Of a stretch of 64,000 nucleotides of DNA, positions 1 to 9,441 are shown piece after piece (the first letter of the stretch is position 1; each line of letters begins with the position of its first letter). Below the pieces are notes generated by a model. It did no database searches. It had not been told where the DNA came from and saw only the letters and a list, made by a program, of their open reading frames with translations. The DNA is from Spirochaetia bacterium (lineage in GTDB: Bacteria > Spirochaetota > Spirochaetia > SZUA-6 > Bin103), in assembly GCA_965203515.1 (NCBI GenBank), contig OZ241907.1, positions 384,001 through 448,000 on the forward strand, in the 5' to 3' direction. A program made the position numbers and the translations under genes.

Positions 1-4
1 TGGG

Positions 5-1570
5 GTGACGTTGCAAGCCGCCGAGCAGCGTGCTGGGAGTGGAGGACTGGCGGCCGAGGGGGTGATCGAAGACGACGACCAGGATCGGATGCGGCGAGCG
101 TTGCGGCGCGCGCACGCGGAGTTTGCGCGGGTGGTGGCGACCGACGCGGTGGCGGTGATCGGGGGCCGTCTGCGGGACAGCGCGGCGGGGGCGGGGTCGC
201 AGGTGACGCTGCACGGGCAGAGGTTGGCGTTGGCGGAGCTGACGGGAACGGCGCCGGAGCAGCGGTGGGCTGCGGCGGAGCCGGAGGCGGCGGAGTACCG
301 GCAGGTGTCGTTCGGGGAGTTGCTGTCGCAGAGTTCGATCGACCTGCGATCGAACGATCTGAGCGGCGGCGCGCCTGCCGGGGATGCGGGAGCCGAGAGA
401 GCGGGAGACGGCGGCGGATTGGAGTGGAGCATCTGGGGGACGGGAACGCTTGGGGGGTATTCGGGAGCGGGCGAGGTCAGCGGCGGGGCTGGAGCGAGGT
501 GGGACGGAACGGTGCCTGGGGGCTACGTGGGGGCGGACCTGCGGGTGGCGCCGCCGCTGGTGGTGGGGCTGGCGGTGTCGCACCACGTGGGGACGATGAG
601 CTATGAGGAGAGCGGCGACGGGGACGGAGGAGCGGCGTTCGAGGCGCAGTTGGGGACCGGGATGACGAGCGTGCTGCCGTACGTGCTGGTGGAGCCGCTG
701 GCGGGGCTGGAGATGTGGGGGATCGTCGGGGCTGGTCTGGGCGGCAGCGGGGTGAGTTGGGAGCGTCAACGGCTGGAAACGAGCAACCTGCTGTGGTTGG
801 GAGCGGCCGGGGCGCGCTACACGGCGTGGACGATGGCGGGGCTGGACCTGTCGGTGGGGACCGACGGGTACTATGCGTCGCTGGGAGCGGAATCCGGGCA
901 GGCGCCGTGGCTGACGAAGGACTTGGCGGCGGTGACGGTGGGGCGGGTGCGGGTGCTGGCGGACACGCGGTACGACTGGCAGGTGGGTGAGGAGTCGCTG
1001 CTCGGGGTGAAGCTGGAGGTGGGCGGACGCTGGGACGCTGGTGACGCGGCGAGCGGGTTTGGAGCGGAGGTGGGCGGCGGAGCGGAGTACCGGCATACCG
1101 GGATCGGGCTTGGAGTGGAGGCGAGCGGGCGGTATCTGGTGGCGCACGAAGACGTGGAGTTTCGGGACTGGGGAGCGAGAGCGGCGGTGACGTTCGATCC
1201 TGGCGTGCCGGGCCGGGGGGCGGCGGTGCGGGTGCAGCCGGTGTGGGGAGCGGCGAGCAGCCAGGCGGCGAGCGTATGGAGCGGAGCGGGGCTGCTGACC
1301 GGCGGCGGTGTGGAGGAGCGAACGGATGCCGGTCTGCGGCCGGACCGACTCGATGCGGAGGTGAGCTACGGGATCGAGACCGCCGGCGGTGCGGGTCTGG
1401 TGACGGTGTACGGGGGTCTGTCGCAGGCGCTGACCGACAGCGCGGTCTACCGGGTGGGGAGCCGTCTGGAGGTGGGCGGGCTGAACGTGGACCTGTCGCT
1501 GGACCGGCAGGAACGGCCCGGCGCTGCGCCGGCCTACGGCCTCGAAATCGCCGGTACCCTCCACTGGTAG
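5..1570 (+). CDS. Autotransporter-like outer-membrane beta-barrel domain protein (5' part probably outside the window)
   Basis: The frame is open to the window edge. It has Gly/aromatic-rich alternating beta-strands (WSIWGTG, GYVGAD, EVGGRWDAGD, GAEVGGGAEY) and a C-terminal aromatic residue (GTLHW), typical of beta-barrel assembly signals. Confidence 0.7.
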   Translation: MTLQAAEQRAGSGGLAAEGVIEDDDQDRMRRALRRAHAEFARVVATDAVAVIGGRLRDSAAGAGSQVTLHGQRLALAELTGTAPEQRWAAAEPEAAEYRQVSFGELLSQSSIDLRSNDLSGGAPAGDAGAERAGDGGGLEWSIWGTGTLGGYSGAGEVSGGAGARWDGTVPGGYVGADLRVAPPLVVGLAVSHHVGTMSYEESGDGDGGAAFEAQLGTGMTSVLPYVLVEPLAGLEMWGIVGAGLGGSGVSWERQRLETSNLLWLGAAGARYTAWTMAGLDLSVGTDGYYASLGAESGQAPWLTKDLAAVTVGRVRVLADTRYDWQVGEESLLGVKLEVGGRWDAGDAASGFGAEVGGGAEYRHTGIGLGVEASGRYLVAHEDVEFRDWGARAAVTFDPGVPGRGAAVRVQPVWGAASSQAASVWSGAGLLTGGGVEERTDAGLRPDRLDAEVSYGIETAGGAGLVTVYGGLSQALTDSAVYRVGSRLEVGGLNVDLSLDRQERPGAAPAYGLEIAGTLHW

Positions 1571-1657
1571 CCCGGCCTCCACCGTTCGCGGTGCCGCGGC
1601 CGGATGGCCGGGTTCGGCGCCAAGTCAGATAGCCGCAGGCCGGTGCTTGGCGCCCGT

Positions 1658-2563
1658 TCAGGCCGGGACGATCGGCGCGGAGAGCGTATCCCGGTCTCCG
1701 ATCTTCCACACGCCATTCTCGCGGAATGCCGGAACGGTCTGCCGCCGAGCGGCGTTGGTCACGGCCGGAGCCGACAGGCCGCGCCGTCTGACGTAATCCG
1801 ACAATCTGACGATGGCGTCGCCCCTGAGATAGCTGAGCCTCTTGTGCATCGCCTCCAGCAGCGCCAGCGCCAGGATGCGTTCCATCGTCCGGCTTCGGTC
1901 TCGTTCAAGGTAGTCCCGGAACGCCTGATAGTAGATGTCCTTTTCCTTGTCGCGGATGATGATCGGCGGCAATCCAAGCTGATAGAGCTGGAAATTGATC
2001 AGGACGCGGCCCATTCGCCCGTTGCCGTCGCAGAATGGATGGATGGTCTCGAACCGCAAGTGAAACAGGGCGATCTTGTCCAGAAAGTAGGAGTCGAGAT
2101 CGCTGGCATAGTCGCGCAGCGTCGCAGCCATCATCGGCTCTACCCGCTCGGGCGCCGGGGCGATATGGGTTCCGACGCGCACGTACTCCCCGGTCCGGCG
2201 GAATCGGCCGGCGATCTCATCGTCAATGCCGCCGATCAGCATCTGATGCAGCAGCACGATCAGCTCTCGCGTCAGCTCGCCGGCGACCGCCTTGTTGCGG
2301 GTATACCCGACGACCCGCGCCAGATTCCGGACCTCGAAGACCTCTCGCACGGTCACGTTCCGGGCCAGCGCCTGTTGCAACAGGATCCGTTCGGTTTCGT
2401 CGAGCGTGAGCGTCGAGTTCTCGATGGCGTTCGAGTTGTATACGCTCTCCGGTATCTCCGCTGCGTCGATCATCGCCTGCAGCGATTCCTTTCCGCCGCG
2501 CAACGCCTCGTATTGCCGTCTCAGGTCCCGGATGCGCGTTCTGACCGGCTGCGGGGTCGCCAT
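1658..2563 (-). CDS. Fic family protein (class II-like, N-terminal inhibitory motif)
   Basis: Fic motif HPFCDGNGRMGR and inhibitory motif SNAIEN. Start placed at MATPQP (ATG 2563); the ORF track extends to 2584. Confidence 0.9.
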   Translation of the reverse strand: MATPQPVRTRIRDLRRQYEALRGGKESLQAMIDAAEIPESVYNSNAIENSTLTLDETERILLQQALARNVTVREVFEVRNLARVVGYTRNKAVAGELTRELIVLLHQMLIGGIDDEIAGRFRRTGEYVRVGTHIAPAPERVEPMMAATLRDYASDLDSYFLDKIALFHLRFETIHPFCDGNGRMGRVLINFQLYQLGLPPIIIRDKEKDIYYQAFRDYLERDRSRTMERILALALLEAMHKRLSYLRGDAIVRLSDYVRRRGLSAPAVTNAARRQTVPAFRENGVWKIGDRDTLSAPIVPA

Positions 2564-2674
2564 ACGCGGACGACGATGACACATTCACGCGATCACGTCA
2601 AGAAGGCGTGAATGGAAGCCAAAAATCGGGCATCATTCACGCGGTTTCAGGATACGACCCCGAACCGGCAGGCA

Positions 2675-2703
2675 TTGACATCATAGCAATAATGGTATAT
2701 CGT
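2675..2703 (+). promoter_or_regulatory. Sigma70-type promoter of the TA operon with an overlapping operator-like inverted repeat
   Basis: TTGACA (2675-2680), a 17-nt spacer, then TATCGT (2698-2703). An imperfect inverted repeat ATAGCA-ataa-TGGTAT (2683-2698) lies in the spacer. Confidence 0.65.
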
Positions 2704-2713
2704 CTGGGCTGAC

Positions 2714-3043
2714 GTGAGTTGGACTGTCGAAACCCTGAATGCCACGGTGGACGGGGAGATCGATGCTTTAGCGGCCGACATGCGCGCGCGGTTCGTCCGT
2801 ATCGGGCAACTGATTGCCGAGTGCGGCCTGGAGCATGTCGGAGCTCCTCATGTCAAGCATGTGACCGACGAGCTTTGGGAGATGCGAGTGAAGGGTAAGG
2901 ACACGATAGCGCGAGTGCTCTACGTAACGGTCCCGGACAAGCGGGTAGTCGTGGTTCGAGTCTTTATCAAGAAGACTCAGAAGATACCTCGGCGTGAGAT
3001 CAAGTTGGCTCGGCAGCGAGCGAAGGAGGTCCTGGATGAGTAG
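2714..3043 (+). CDS. RelE/ParE-superfamily (HigB/Gp49-like) type II toxin
   Basis: 109 aa. PHVKH..DELWEMRVKG...IARVLY...VVVVRVFIKKTQKIP..EI..A..R is characteristic of Gp49/HigB toxins. It lies upstream of an HTH gene. Confidence 0.85.
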   Translation: MSWTVETLNATVDGEIDALAADMRARFVRIGQLIAECGLEHVGAPHVKHVTDELWEMRVKGKDTIARVLYVTVPDKRVVVVRVFIKKTQKIPRREIKLARQRAKEVLDE

Positions 3044-3070
3044 GTGACGTTCGATCTACCCAATAGATAA

Positions 3071-3168
3071 CTGGAGGACATCGCGCTGGCCTGGAACGAC
3101 GGCTACAACGGAACAGGTCTCAGCTTCGCCAACAACGTCAACATATGAGAAGGGGTAGCCACCTGAGC
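3071..3168 (+). pseudogene. Decayed ~100-bp fragment resembling the DNA gyrase B / ParE transducer domain
   Basis: Reads LEDIALAWNDGYNGTGLSFANNVNI*EG, then after a 1-nt shift SHLS. Compare E. coli GyrB [31 protein letters not shown]. Confidence 0.55.
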
Positions 3169-3175
3169 ATCATCT

Positions 3176-3499
3176 ATGAAAAGCAACAATGAGAAACAAC
3201 CGGGAGGCGGGAGTAGCGTAGATAGTCTTCACAAGAAGTGGAGCATCGATCCGGAATACCGGACCGCCTATGACGAACTCGGTGCGGAGTTCGATATGGC
3301 GCGTGCCGTGATTCTGGCCCGCAAGGGCGCAGGGCTTACGCAGGAGCAGCTCGCGAAGCGCATGAACACGACGCAGTCGGTGATCGCTCGGCTGGAAGGT
3401 GGGGGCACGCGCCCGTCCACGACGACGCTGATGCGGTTTGCACAGGCTACCGGCACGCGCCTCAAGATCAGCTTCGAACCCGCCGGTGATACGGTCTGA
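3176..3499 (+). CDS. XRE-family HTH antitoxin (HigA-like)
   Basis: DPEYRTAYDEL..EF, ARKGAGLTQEQLAKRMNTTQSVIARLEGG and PSTTTL.RFA.A are typical of the family. It follows the toxin. Confidence 0.85.
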   Translation: MKSNNEKQPGGGSSVDSLHKKWSIDPEYRTAYDELGAEFDMARAVILARKGAGLTQEQLAKRMNTTQSVIARLEGGGTRPSTTTLMRFAQATGTRLKISFEPAGDTV

Positions 3500-4609
3500 C
3501 TACGCGGTGAGCACTTCGCGGAGGCGGCGGGCGACTTGGCGGGCTTCGCCGGGTTGCAGGGTCATGGGATCGACGAACATGCCGCGGTCCCAGCCGCCCA
3601 GGTGGATGCTGGGGTCGCCGTCGCGGAGCGGTTCGCCGCAGGCGTCCGCCGTGCGGTCGCCCAGGAGCTCGATACGCACGCGCGGTACGCCGCCGGGGAA
3701 GAACAGCTCGTCGCCTTCGTCCACGGTGGCGCGCACGCCATCGATGCCGTGCAGCGCGCCGGCGATCAGCTCCGCGTCGGCGCGCCAGCGGCGGTAGTCA
3801 TCCTCGTCGCTGCCGTCCAGGAACAGCTCCACGGCGGCGAGCAGGCCCATCAGCTCCTCCTTGCCCACCTTCATGCCGCGGCCGACCGAGCTGGCCGGCG
3901 ACCCGTTCATGCGCGCCGCGCGGATCAACTCCGCCTTGCCGACCACCAACCCGCTCGACTGCGGCCCCCGCAGCCCCTTGCCGCCGGAGAACACCACCAG
4001 ACCCGCGCCCAGCCGCGCCGGCTCGGTCAGGTTGGAGCGCGGCGGAAGCTGCGCCGCCGCGTCGACGATGACCGGGATGCCGCGCGGCTCGGCCACCGCC
4101 ACCACCTCGGCGAGCTGCGCCAACGTCTGCTTGCCCAGGTAGTGGACGACCGCCGCCGTGTCGTCGTCGAGCGCCGCCTCGACCGCGGCGGTCGGGCACG
4201 ACTCCGTGCTGCCGACCTTGACCAGCACGCCGCCGGCCGCGGCGATCAACTGGAAGAGGTAATCGTGCGCGTCGACCTGCGGGATCACGAACCGGTTGCG
4301 CCAGCCGTCGGTGTAGGGCAGCCGCTGCACCCGCTCGGCGTCCGTGCCGGTCAGACACGCGGCCGCCGCCTGCTGCACGCCGCTGGCGGCTCCGCAGGTG
4401 ACCAGCGCCCCCTCCACGCCGATGCGGCGCGCCAGGCGCTCGCCGATCCGTTCCTGCAGCGTCTCCAACGCCACGAAGTTGCCGGCCGCCTGACGCATCG
4501 CCTCCAGTACCGGCTCCGGCATGAGGCTGCCGCCGCTCGCCGTGCCGTTGCCCCGGCCGTTGATGAACGGCCGCACGCCCAGGTCCGCGTAACTGATCGG
4601 GCGCTTCAA
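3500..4609 (-). CDS. SelA/DgaE-like PLP-dependent enzyme
   Basis: IVDAAAQ, FSGGKGLRGPQSSG (PLP lysine) and GRGMKVGKEE. Confidence 0.8.
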   Translation of the reverse strand: MKRPISYADLGVRPFINGRGNGTASGGSLMPEPVLEAMRQAAGNFVALETLQERIGERLARRIGVEGALVTCGAASGVQQAAAACLTGTDAERVQRLPYTDGWRNRFVIPQVDAHDYLFQLIAAAGGVLVKVGSTESCPTAAVEAALDDDTAAVVHYLGKQTLAQLAEVVAVAEPRGIPVIVDAAAQLPPRSNLTEPARLGAGLVVFSGGKGLRGPQSSGLVVGKAELIRAARMNGSPASSVGRGMKVGKEELMGLLAAVELFLDGSDEDDYRRWRADAELIAGALHGIDGVRATVDEGDELFFPGGVPRVRIELLGDRTADACGEPLRDGDPSIHLGGWDRGMFVDPMTLQPGEARQVARRLREVLTA

Positions 4610-6168
4610 TAGACCCGCTCCAGCTCGCCCACCGGCACCTCGATCAGCGCCGGCTCGCCGCCCGCGAAGGCGCGTTCCAGTTCCCGGCGCAGCGCCGCCG
4701 CGTCGTGCGCCCGCGCGCCGCGCACCCCGAACGACTCGCTCAGCTTGACGAAGTCCGGGTTGCGCAGGTCGACGCCGACCAGCCGGCCGCCGAAGTCCTC
4801 CTGCTGAGAACGCTTCACGTTGCCGTAGGCGTCGTCGTTGAAGACCACCACGGTCACGGCGATGTCGTGCAACACCGCCGTGGCCAGCTCCTGGACGTGG
4901 TACATGACGCCGCCGTCCCCGCAGCAGGCGACCACCGGGGTGTCCGGCCGGGCCACCTTGGCGCCCATGGCGATCGGCAGCGCGGCGCCCAGGTTGCCGC
5001 GCGGGTCGAAGTAGGTGTCAGGCGCGTAGACCCGGTAGTAGTTGCGGCTGTAGTAGCCCATCTGGTTCATGCCGTAGGCCAGGATGCCGTCGTCCGGGAT
5101 CGCCGCGCGCAGCGCCTCGATATAGGAGCGTTGTGGCTGAAGCTGCTCGGCGTCCCCGAAGCGGACGGCGTTGAGCGCGGCGATCGCCGCGGTGGGATCC
5201 TCCGCCCGGCCGGGACGGACCAGCTCGGCCAGCGTCTCCAGGGCACGGCGGGCGTCCGCCTCGATGGTGAGCGCCTGCCCGGCGGCCAGCGCGTCGGCGT
5301 CAGTATCGATGCGGATCACCCGCGACGGGTCGACGCCGAGCAGCCCGGCCGGACCGGCCTGGGCGCCGACCGCCAGCACCACGTCACGCGACTGCGCGAA
5401 CTCCGCCAGCGGCGCGTAGGCCGCCAGGGCCTGCCCCAGCGCCAGCGGGCTGCGGTCGGAGATGCCGCCCTTGCCGGCGGTGGTGGTTGCCACCGGCGCC
5501 GGCAGCCGTTCCGCCAACGCGGTCAGCGCCGCGGCGGCGCCGGAGCGGTGCACGCCGGTGCCGGCCAGGATCAGCGGCCGCTCGGCGTCGGAGAGCATGG
5601 CCGCGGCGCGATCCAGCGCGCCCGCGTCGCCGGCGGGCGGCTCGATCGCGATCGGCGGCGCGATCTCTACCGCCTCCTCCTGCTTCAGCACCGCGGCCGA
5701 CACTTCCAGATAGACCGGCCGCGGGTGGCCGGAGCAGGCCGCCCGCACCGCCTCCGGCACCTTGGCCGCCACGTCCGCCGGACCGGTCGCCCGCGCCGAC
5801 CACTTGGTGACCGGCGCCAGCCAGTGGCCGCCGGCCGCGCCCTCGATCCGATCCTCGGGCGCGCCGCTGATGACGATGATGGGCGAGGATGATCGCAGCG
5901 CGGTCGATACGCCGCCGGAAGCGTTGAACAGACCGGCGCCCGGCACCACCAGCGCGCTCGCCGGCCGGTTGACGGCGCGCGCGTAGCCGTCGGCCATGTG
6001 CGTGGTCGGCTGCTCGTTGCGGCAGGAGACGTAGCGGATGTCGTCGGTGTCGAAGTAGGCGTCGACCGCCTCGTACTGGCCGGCGCCCGGCACGCCGAAG
6101 GTGACCGCCACCCCCTGCGCGGCCAGCGAGCGCACCAGCGCCTGGCCGCCGTTCATGCGTCGTTTCAT
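4606..6168 (-). CDS. Thiamine pyrophosphate-binding protein (acetolactate synthase-like)
   Basis: FGVPG, RNEQ...HMADGYAR and the TPP motif GDGG...VVFNDDAYG. Confidence 0.9.
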   Translation of the reverse strand: MKRRMNGGQALVRSLAAQGVAVTFGVPGAGQYEAVDAYFDTDDIRYVSCRNEQPTTHMADGYARAVNRPASALVVPGAGLFNASGGVSTALRSSSPIIVISGAPEDRIEGAAGGHWLAPVTKWSARATGPADVAAKVPEAVRAACSGHPRPVYLEVSAAVLKQEEAVEIAPPIAIEPPAGDAGALDRAAAMLSDAERPLILAGTGVHRSGAAAALTALAERLPAPVATTTAGKGGISDRSPLALGQALAAYAPLAEFAQSRDVVLAVGAQAGPAGLLGVDPSRVIRIDTDADALAAGQALTIEADARRALETLAELVRPGRAEDPTAAIAALNAVRFGDAEQLQPQRSYIEALRAAIPDDGILAYGMNQMGYYSRNYYRVYAPDTYFDPRGNLGAALPIAMGAKVARPDTPVVACCGDGGVMYHVQELATAVLHDIAVTVVVFNDDAYGNVKRSQQEDFGGRLVGVDLRNPDFVKLSESFGVRGARAHDAAALRRELERAFAGGEPALIEVPVGELERVY

Positions 6169-6187
6169 ATGGATGCTCCGTTATGAG

Positions 6188-7006
6188 TCAAGGCGAGGCC
6201 GCCGCGGCGGCCGGTTCGGCGGTGCCGACCGGGTAGACCCGCGGGAACACGGGGCCGGCCATCGGTTCGCCGTCGGCGACGGTGATGTAGGGCTTCATCG
6301 GGTGGTCGTTGGCGGCCACGTAGCGCGTGCGCTCCGGCATGTAGTGGACGGCGATGGCGCGCCGCGGCCGGCCGGACCGGTTGGGAAACGAGGCGTGCCA
6401 GGTCAGGCCGTGGTGGAAGTGCACGTGCCCCTTGGGCACCGGGCGCGGCACCTGCCGGAGCGGGTGGCCGGCGTACTCGTCCGGCAGCACCGAGTCGTCG
6501 TGCAGCTCCCGCAGGAGATCGGCAGCCCCCCACCGGTGCGAGCCGGCGACCATCCACAGGCAGCCGTTGCCCTGGTCGACGTCGTCCAGGGCGACCCATG
6601 CCGAAACCTGCACGGGCGGCGTGAGCACCGGCCACGCGGGCGAGTCCTGGTGCCAGGAAATGGTGCCGCCGACGTCCTTGGGCTTGTACTGCACCTGGTC
6701 GTGCCAGATGCGCAGCTCCTTCGCGCCGGTCAGGCGCGCCGCGGCGGTGACGATCTCCTCATTGCGCGAGAGACGGGCGAACGCCTCGCTCGCCTGCCAG
6801 ATGTTGACGATCTGCCACACCGGCCGGCCTTCGGCCTGCGACAGATCGACGCAACGCACCGGGCGGCGGCCGTCCGGGAAGTCCGCGGCGGTCAGGACCC
6901 GTTCCAACTCGCCGCGCAGCTCGTCCACCTCCGTATCGGTGAGCACGCGGTCGCCCAGGACGAAGCCCTGCTCGTGGAACTCTCGAACTTGGGAATCGCT
7001 CAACAT
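6188..7006 (-). CDS. Phytanoyl-CoA dioxygenase (PhyH) family 2OG-Fe(II) oxygenase
   Basis: Starts MLSDSQVREFHEQGF. Contains WHQD (HxD), WVALDD..NGCL.MV.GSH and H..LTWHAS..N.S...RR. Confidence 0.88.
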   Translation of the reverse strand: MLSDSQVREFHEQGFVLGDRVLTDTEVDELRGELERVLTAADFPDGRRPVRCVDLSQAEGRPVWQIVNIWQASEAFARLSRNEEIVTAAARLTGAKELRIWHDQVQYKPKDVGGTISWHQDSPAWPVLTPPVQVSAWVALDDVDQGNGCLWMVAGSHRWGAADLLRELHDDSVLPDEYAGHPLRQVPRPVPKGHVHFHHGLTWHASFPNRSGRPRRAIAVHYMPERTRYVAANDHPMKPYITVADGEPMAGPVFPRVYPVGTAEPAAAAASP

Positions 7007-7050
7007 GGCGCCGCCAGTATACGCCACCGCGCGCCGGCATGAGCGGCGCT

Positions 7051-7803
7051 TCAGCCCATGAAGTCGCCGCCGTTGATGTCGAGCGGGGCGCCGGTGACGT
7101 AGCCGGCGTGCTCGCCGGTCAGGAACGCCACCGCCTCGGCGACCTCCTGCGGCGTGCCGAGTCGGGAGACCGGGAACTTCGCCTCGTACTCGGCGATCCG
7201 TTCCGGCGTGACGGTGCCGCGCACCATCTCCGTGTCGATGAGCCCCGGGCAGACCGCGTTGACGGTGATGCCGTGCGGCGCCAGCTCCTTGGCCAGCGCG
7301 CGCGTCAGCCCCAGCACCGCGTGCTTGGCGGCGGTGTAGTGGCAGCCGCCCAGGGTGCTGACGGTGCGGCCGGCGGTGGAGGAGAAGTGGACGATGCGGC
7401 CGTAGCCGTTTCGGCGCATCGGCTCCGCCGCCGCCTTGCTGGTCAGGAACGATCCCTTGAGGCTGACCGCCACCACGCGGTCGAACTCGTCCTCCTCCAG
7501 ATCGAAGAAGCGGGTGCGGAGCATGATGCCGGCGGCGTTGACCAGGATGTCCAACCGCTCGTGGCGCTCGACCGCGGCGGCGACCGCCCGGCCCACGTCG
7601 GCGGCGCAGGTCACGTCGCCGGGGCACGCCAATCCGTCCAGCTCGTCGGCGAGCCGTCGCAGGGCCTCCGCCTGCCGGTCGAACAGCACCACCGCGGCGC
7701 CGCCGGCCGCCAGCCGCCGCGCGCACGCCGCCCCCATGCCCTGCGCCGCGCCGGTCACCAGCGCGACCCTGCCGTCGTGTCCGCCGTCGAGATCACGTCT
7801 CAT
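7051..7803 (-). CDS. SDR family oxidoreductase
   Basis: TGAAQGMG, VNAAG, YTAAK (YxxxK) and NAVCPG.IDT. Confidence 0.92.
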   Translation of the reverse strand: MRRDLDGGHDGRVALVTGAAQGMGAACARRLAAGGAAVVLFDRQAEALRRLADELDGLACPGDVTCAADVGRAVAAAVERHERLDILVNAAGIMLRTRFFDLEEDEFDRVVAVSLKGSFLTSKAAAEPMRRNGYGRIVHFSSTAGRTVSTLGGCHYTAAKHAVLGLTRALAKELAPHGITVNAVCPGLIDTEMVRGTVTPERIAEYEAKFPVSRLGTPQEVAEAVAFLTGEHAGYVTGAPLDINGGDFMG

Positions 7804-7886
7804 GCCGCTTTCCGCCTCCGGTGCTCAGGCTACCCTTCCGGCGGCTCGCCGTCAGGTCGGCGCCGGGGCGCTATGATCTGCGGGCG

Positions 7887-9362
7887 ATGGACGCGACCAA
7901 CGTGCTGGTGATGTTCTGCGACCAGCTCCGCCGCGACCTGCTCGGCTGCTACGGCAACCCGCTGGTGCGCACGCCCCACCTCGACGCGCTGGCCGCGGAG
8001 TCGGTGGTCTTCGACCGCGGCTACACGCCGGTGGCGCTCTGCTCGCCGGCGCGCGCCAGCTTGCTGACCGGCCGGTATCCGCACGGCCACCACGTGTTCA
8101 ACAACACGACCCCGGAGTACTCCTACTGCCGGCGCCTGCCGCCCTCCGCGCGCGCCGTCCAGGACTGGGCCGCCGGGACCGACTGCCAGACCGCCTACTT
8201 CGGCAAGTGGCACGTCGGCCCGGCCCAGGACCTGTTTGCCTCCGCCTTCGAGCAGACGCAGCGGCCGGGCACGCAGGCCGGCCCGCAGCCGCCGTTCCTG
8301 GCCGACACGCAGTGGCACCCGTCGGCCGACTACTGGCCGATGGTGCGCACGGTCGAGCCCGGGCACTCGGGGACCGTCGACGTGCCGATCGACCGGTTCC
8401 CGGACGGCGTCGCCGCGCGCTACGCGTGCGACTTCCTGGGCAGCCGCGACCCGGCCCGACCGTTCCTGCTGTTCTGCGCCTTTCCCGGCCCGCACGGCCC
8501 GTGGCTGGTGCCGGAGGAGTTCGGGCTGCGCTACGACCCGGACGACATTCCGCTGTGGCCCAACCGCTGCGACGACTTCGCCGGCAAGCCGATCTATCAG
8601 CGCAAGCTCGCCGCGCTCGAAGCGCGGCCCGACAGCGCCGGCCGCCGGCGGACCGATGACGAGCTGCGCCGCGCGCTCGCCTGCAACTTCTCCTACGTCG
8701 AGCTGATCGATCAGCTGGTCGGGCGGCTGATCGCCCGCCTGCGCGAGCTGGGCCTGTACGAGCGGACGGCGATCGTCTTCACCGCCGACCACGGCGACAT
8801 GGCCGGCTCGCACGGCTTCGCCAGCAAGGGCGCCTACATGTATGACGAGATCTACCGCGTGCCGATGCTGCTGCGCGTGCCCGGCGCCGCGCCCCGGCGC
8901 GCCGAACGGGAGCCGGTGAACCTGACCGACGTGACCGCGACCGCCGCGCACCTGATCGCCGGGCAGTCGGTCTCCACCTTCGGATCGGGACCGCTGCACG
9001 GAGAATCGCTGGTCGACTTCGCGCGCGGGCGCGCGCCGTGGCGCCGTCCGGTCCACTTCGCGCAATATCATGGCGACTGGTACGGTCACTACTCGTCGCG
9101 CATGGTGACCGACGGGGACTGGAAGCTGGTGTGGAACCTGACCGATCGTTGCGAGCTGTACGACCTGCGCGCCGACCCGGGCGAGCTCCACAATCGGTTC
9201 TACGACTCCGGTGATCCCCGTTATGAACGGGTCAGACGCCGCTACTTCGACCTGCTCACGGCCGAGGCGCGGCGCTACGGCGACGCGCAGCTCGACCTGC
9301 TCAGCGCCGACCTGGAGGCCGATTTGGAAATCGCCCGCGCCGGCGAAGGAGGCGGATGGTGA
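7887..9362 (+). CDS. Sulfatase (Cys-type, formylglycine-dependent)
   Basis: DQLR, CSPARAS (CxPxR), GKWH, ADHGD and ELYDL.ADP.E. Start at MDATNVL. Confidence 0.92.
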   Translation: MDATNVLVMFCDQLRRDLLGCYGNPLVRTPHLDALAAESVVFDRGYTPVALCSPARASLLTGRYPHGHHVFNNTTPEYSYCRRLPPSARAVQDWAAGTDCQTAYFGKWHVGPAQDLFASAFEQTQRPGTQAGPQPPFLADTQWHPSADYWPMVRTVEPGHSGTVDVPIDRFPDGVAARYACDFLGSRDPARPFLLFCAFPGPHGPWLVPEEFGLRYDPDDIPLWPNRCDDFAGKPIYQRKLAALEARPDSAGRRRTDDELRRALACNFSYVELIDQLVGRLIARLRELGLYERTAIVFTADHGDMAGSHGFASKGAYMYDEIYRVPMLLRVPGAAPRRAEREPVNLTDVTATAAHLIAGQSVSTFGSGPLHGESLVDFARGRAPWRRPVHFAQYHGDWYGHYSSRMVTDGDWKLVWNLTDRCELYDLRADPGELHNRFYDSGDPRYERVRRRYFDLLTAEARRYGDAQLDLLSADLEADLEIARAGEGGGW

Positions 9363-9441
9363 CGCTGCCGTTCATCGACCGGCATGGATCACCGCCGGAC
9401 CGAGTGACCGAGACCGATAAACCGAATAGACGGAGGAGTCC

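Noticed and set aside
3500..4609. Calling the PLP enzyme selA (selenocysteine synthase)
   Set aside because: It is short (369 aa), has no selB or selC nearby, and fits the SelA-like/DgaE group better.
6188..7726. Extended ORF-track starts (PhyH 512 aa, GNAT 774 aa, protease 765 aa, GH13 930 aa, GH57 1343 aa) as fusion proteins
   Set aside because: The extensions overlap neighbouring real genes and are low-complexity Arg/Ala/Gly translations. Downstream starts have an RBS, a -10 box or stop/start coupling.
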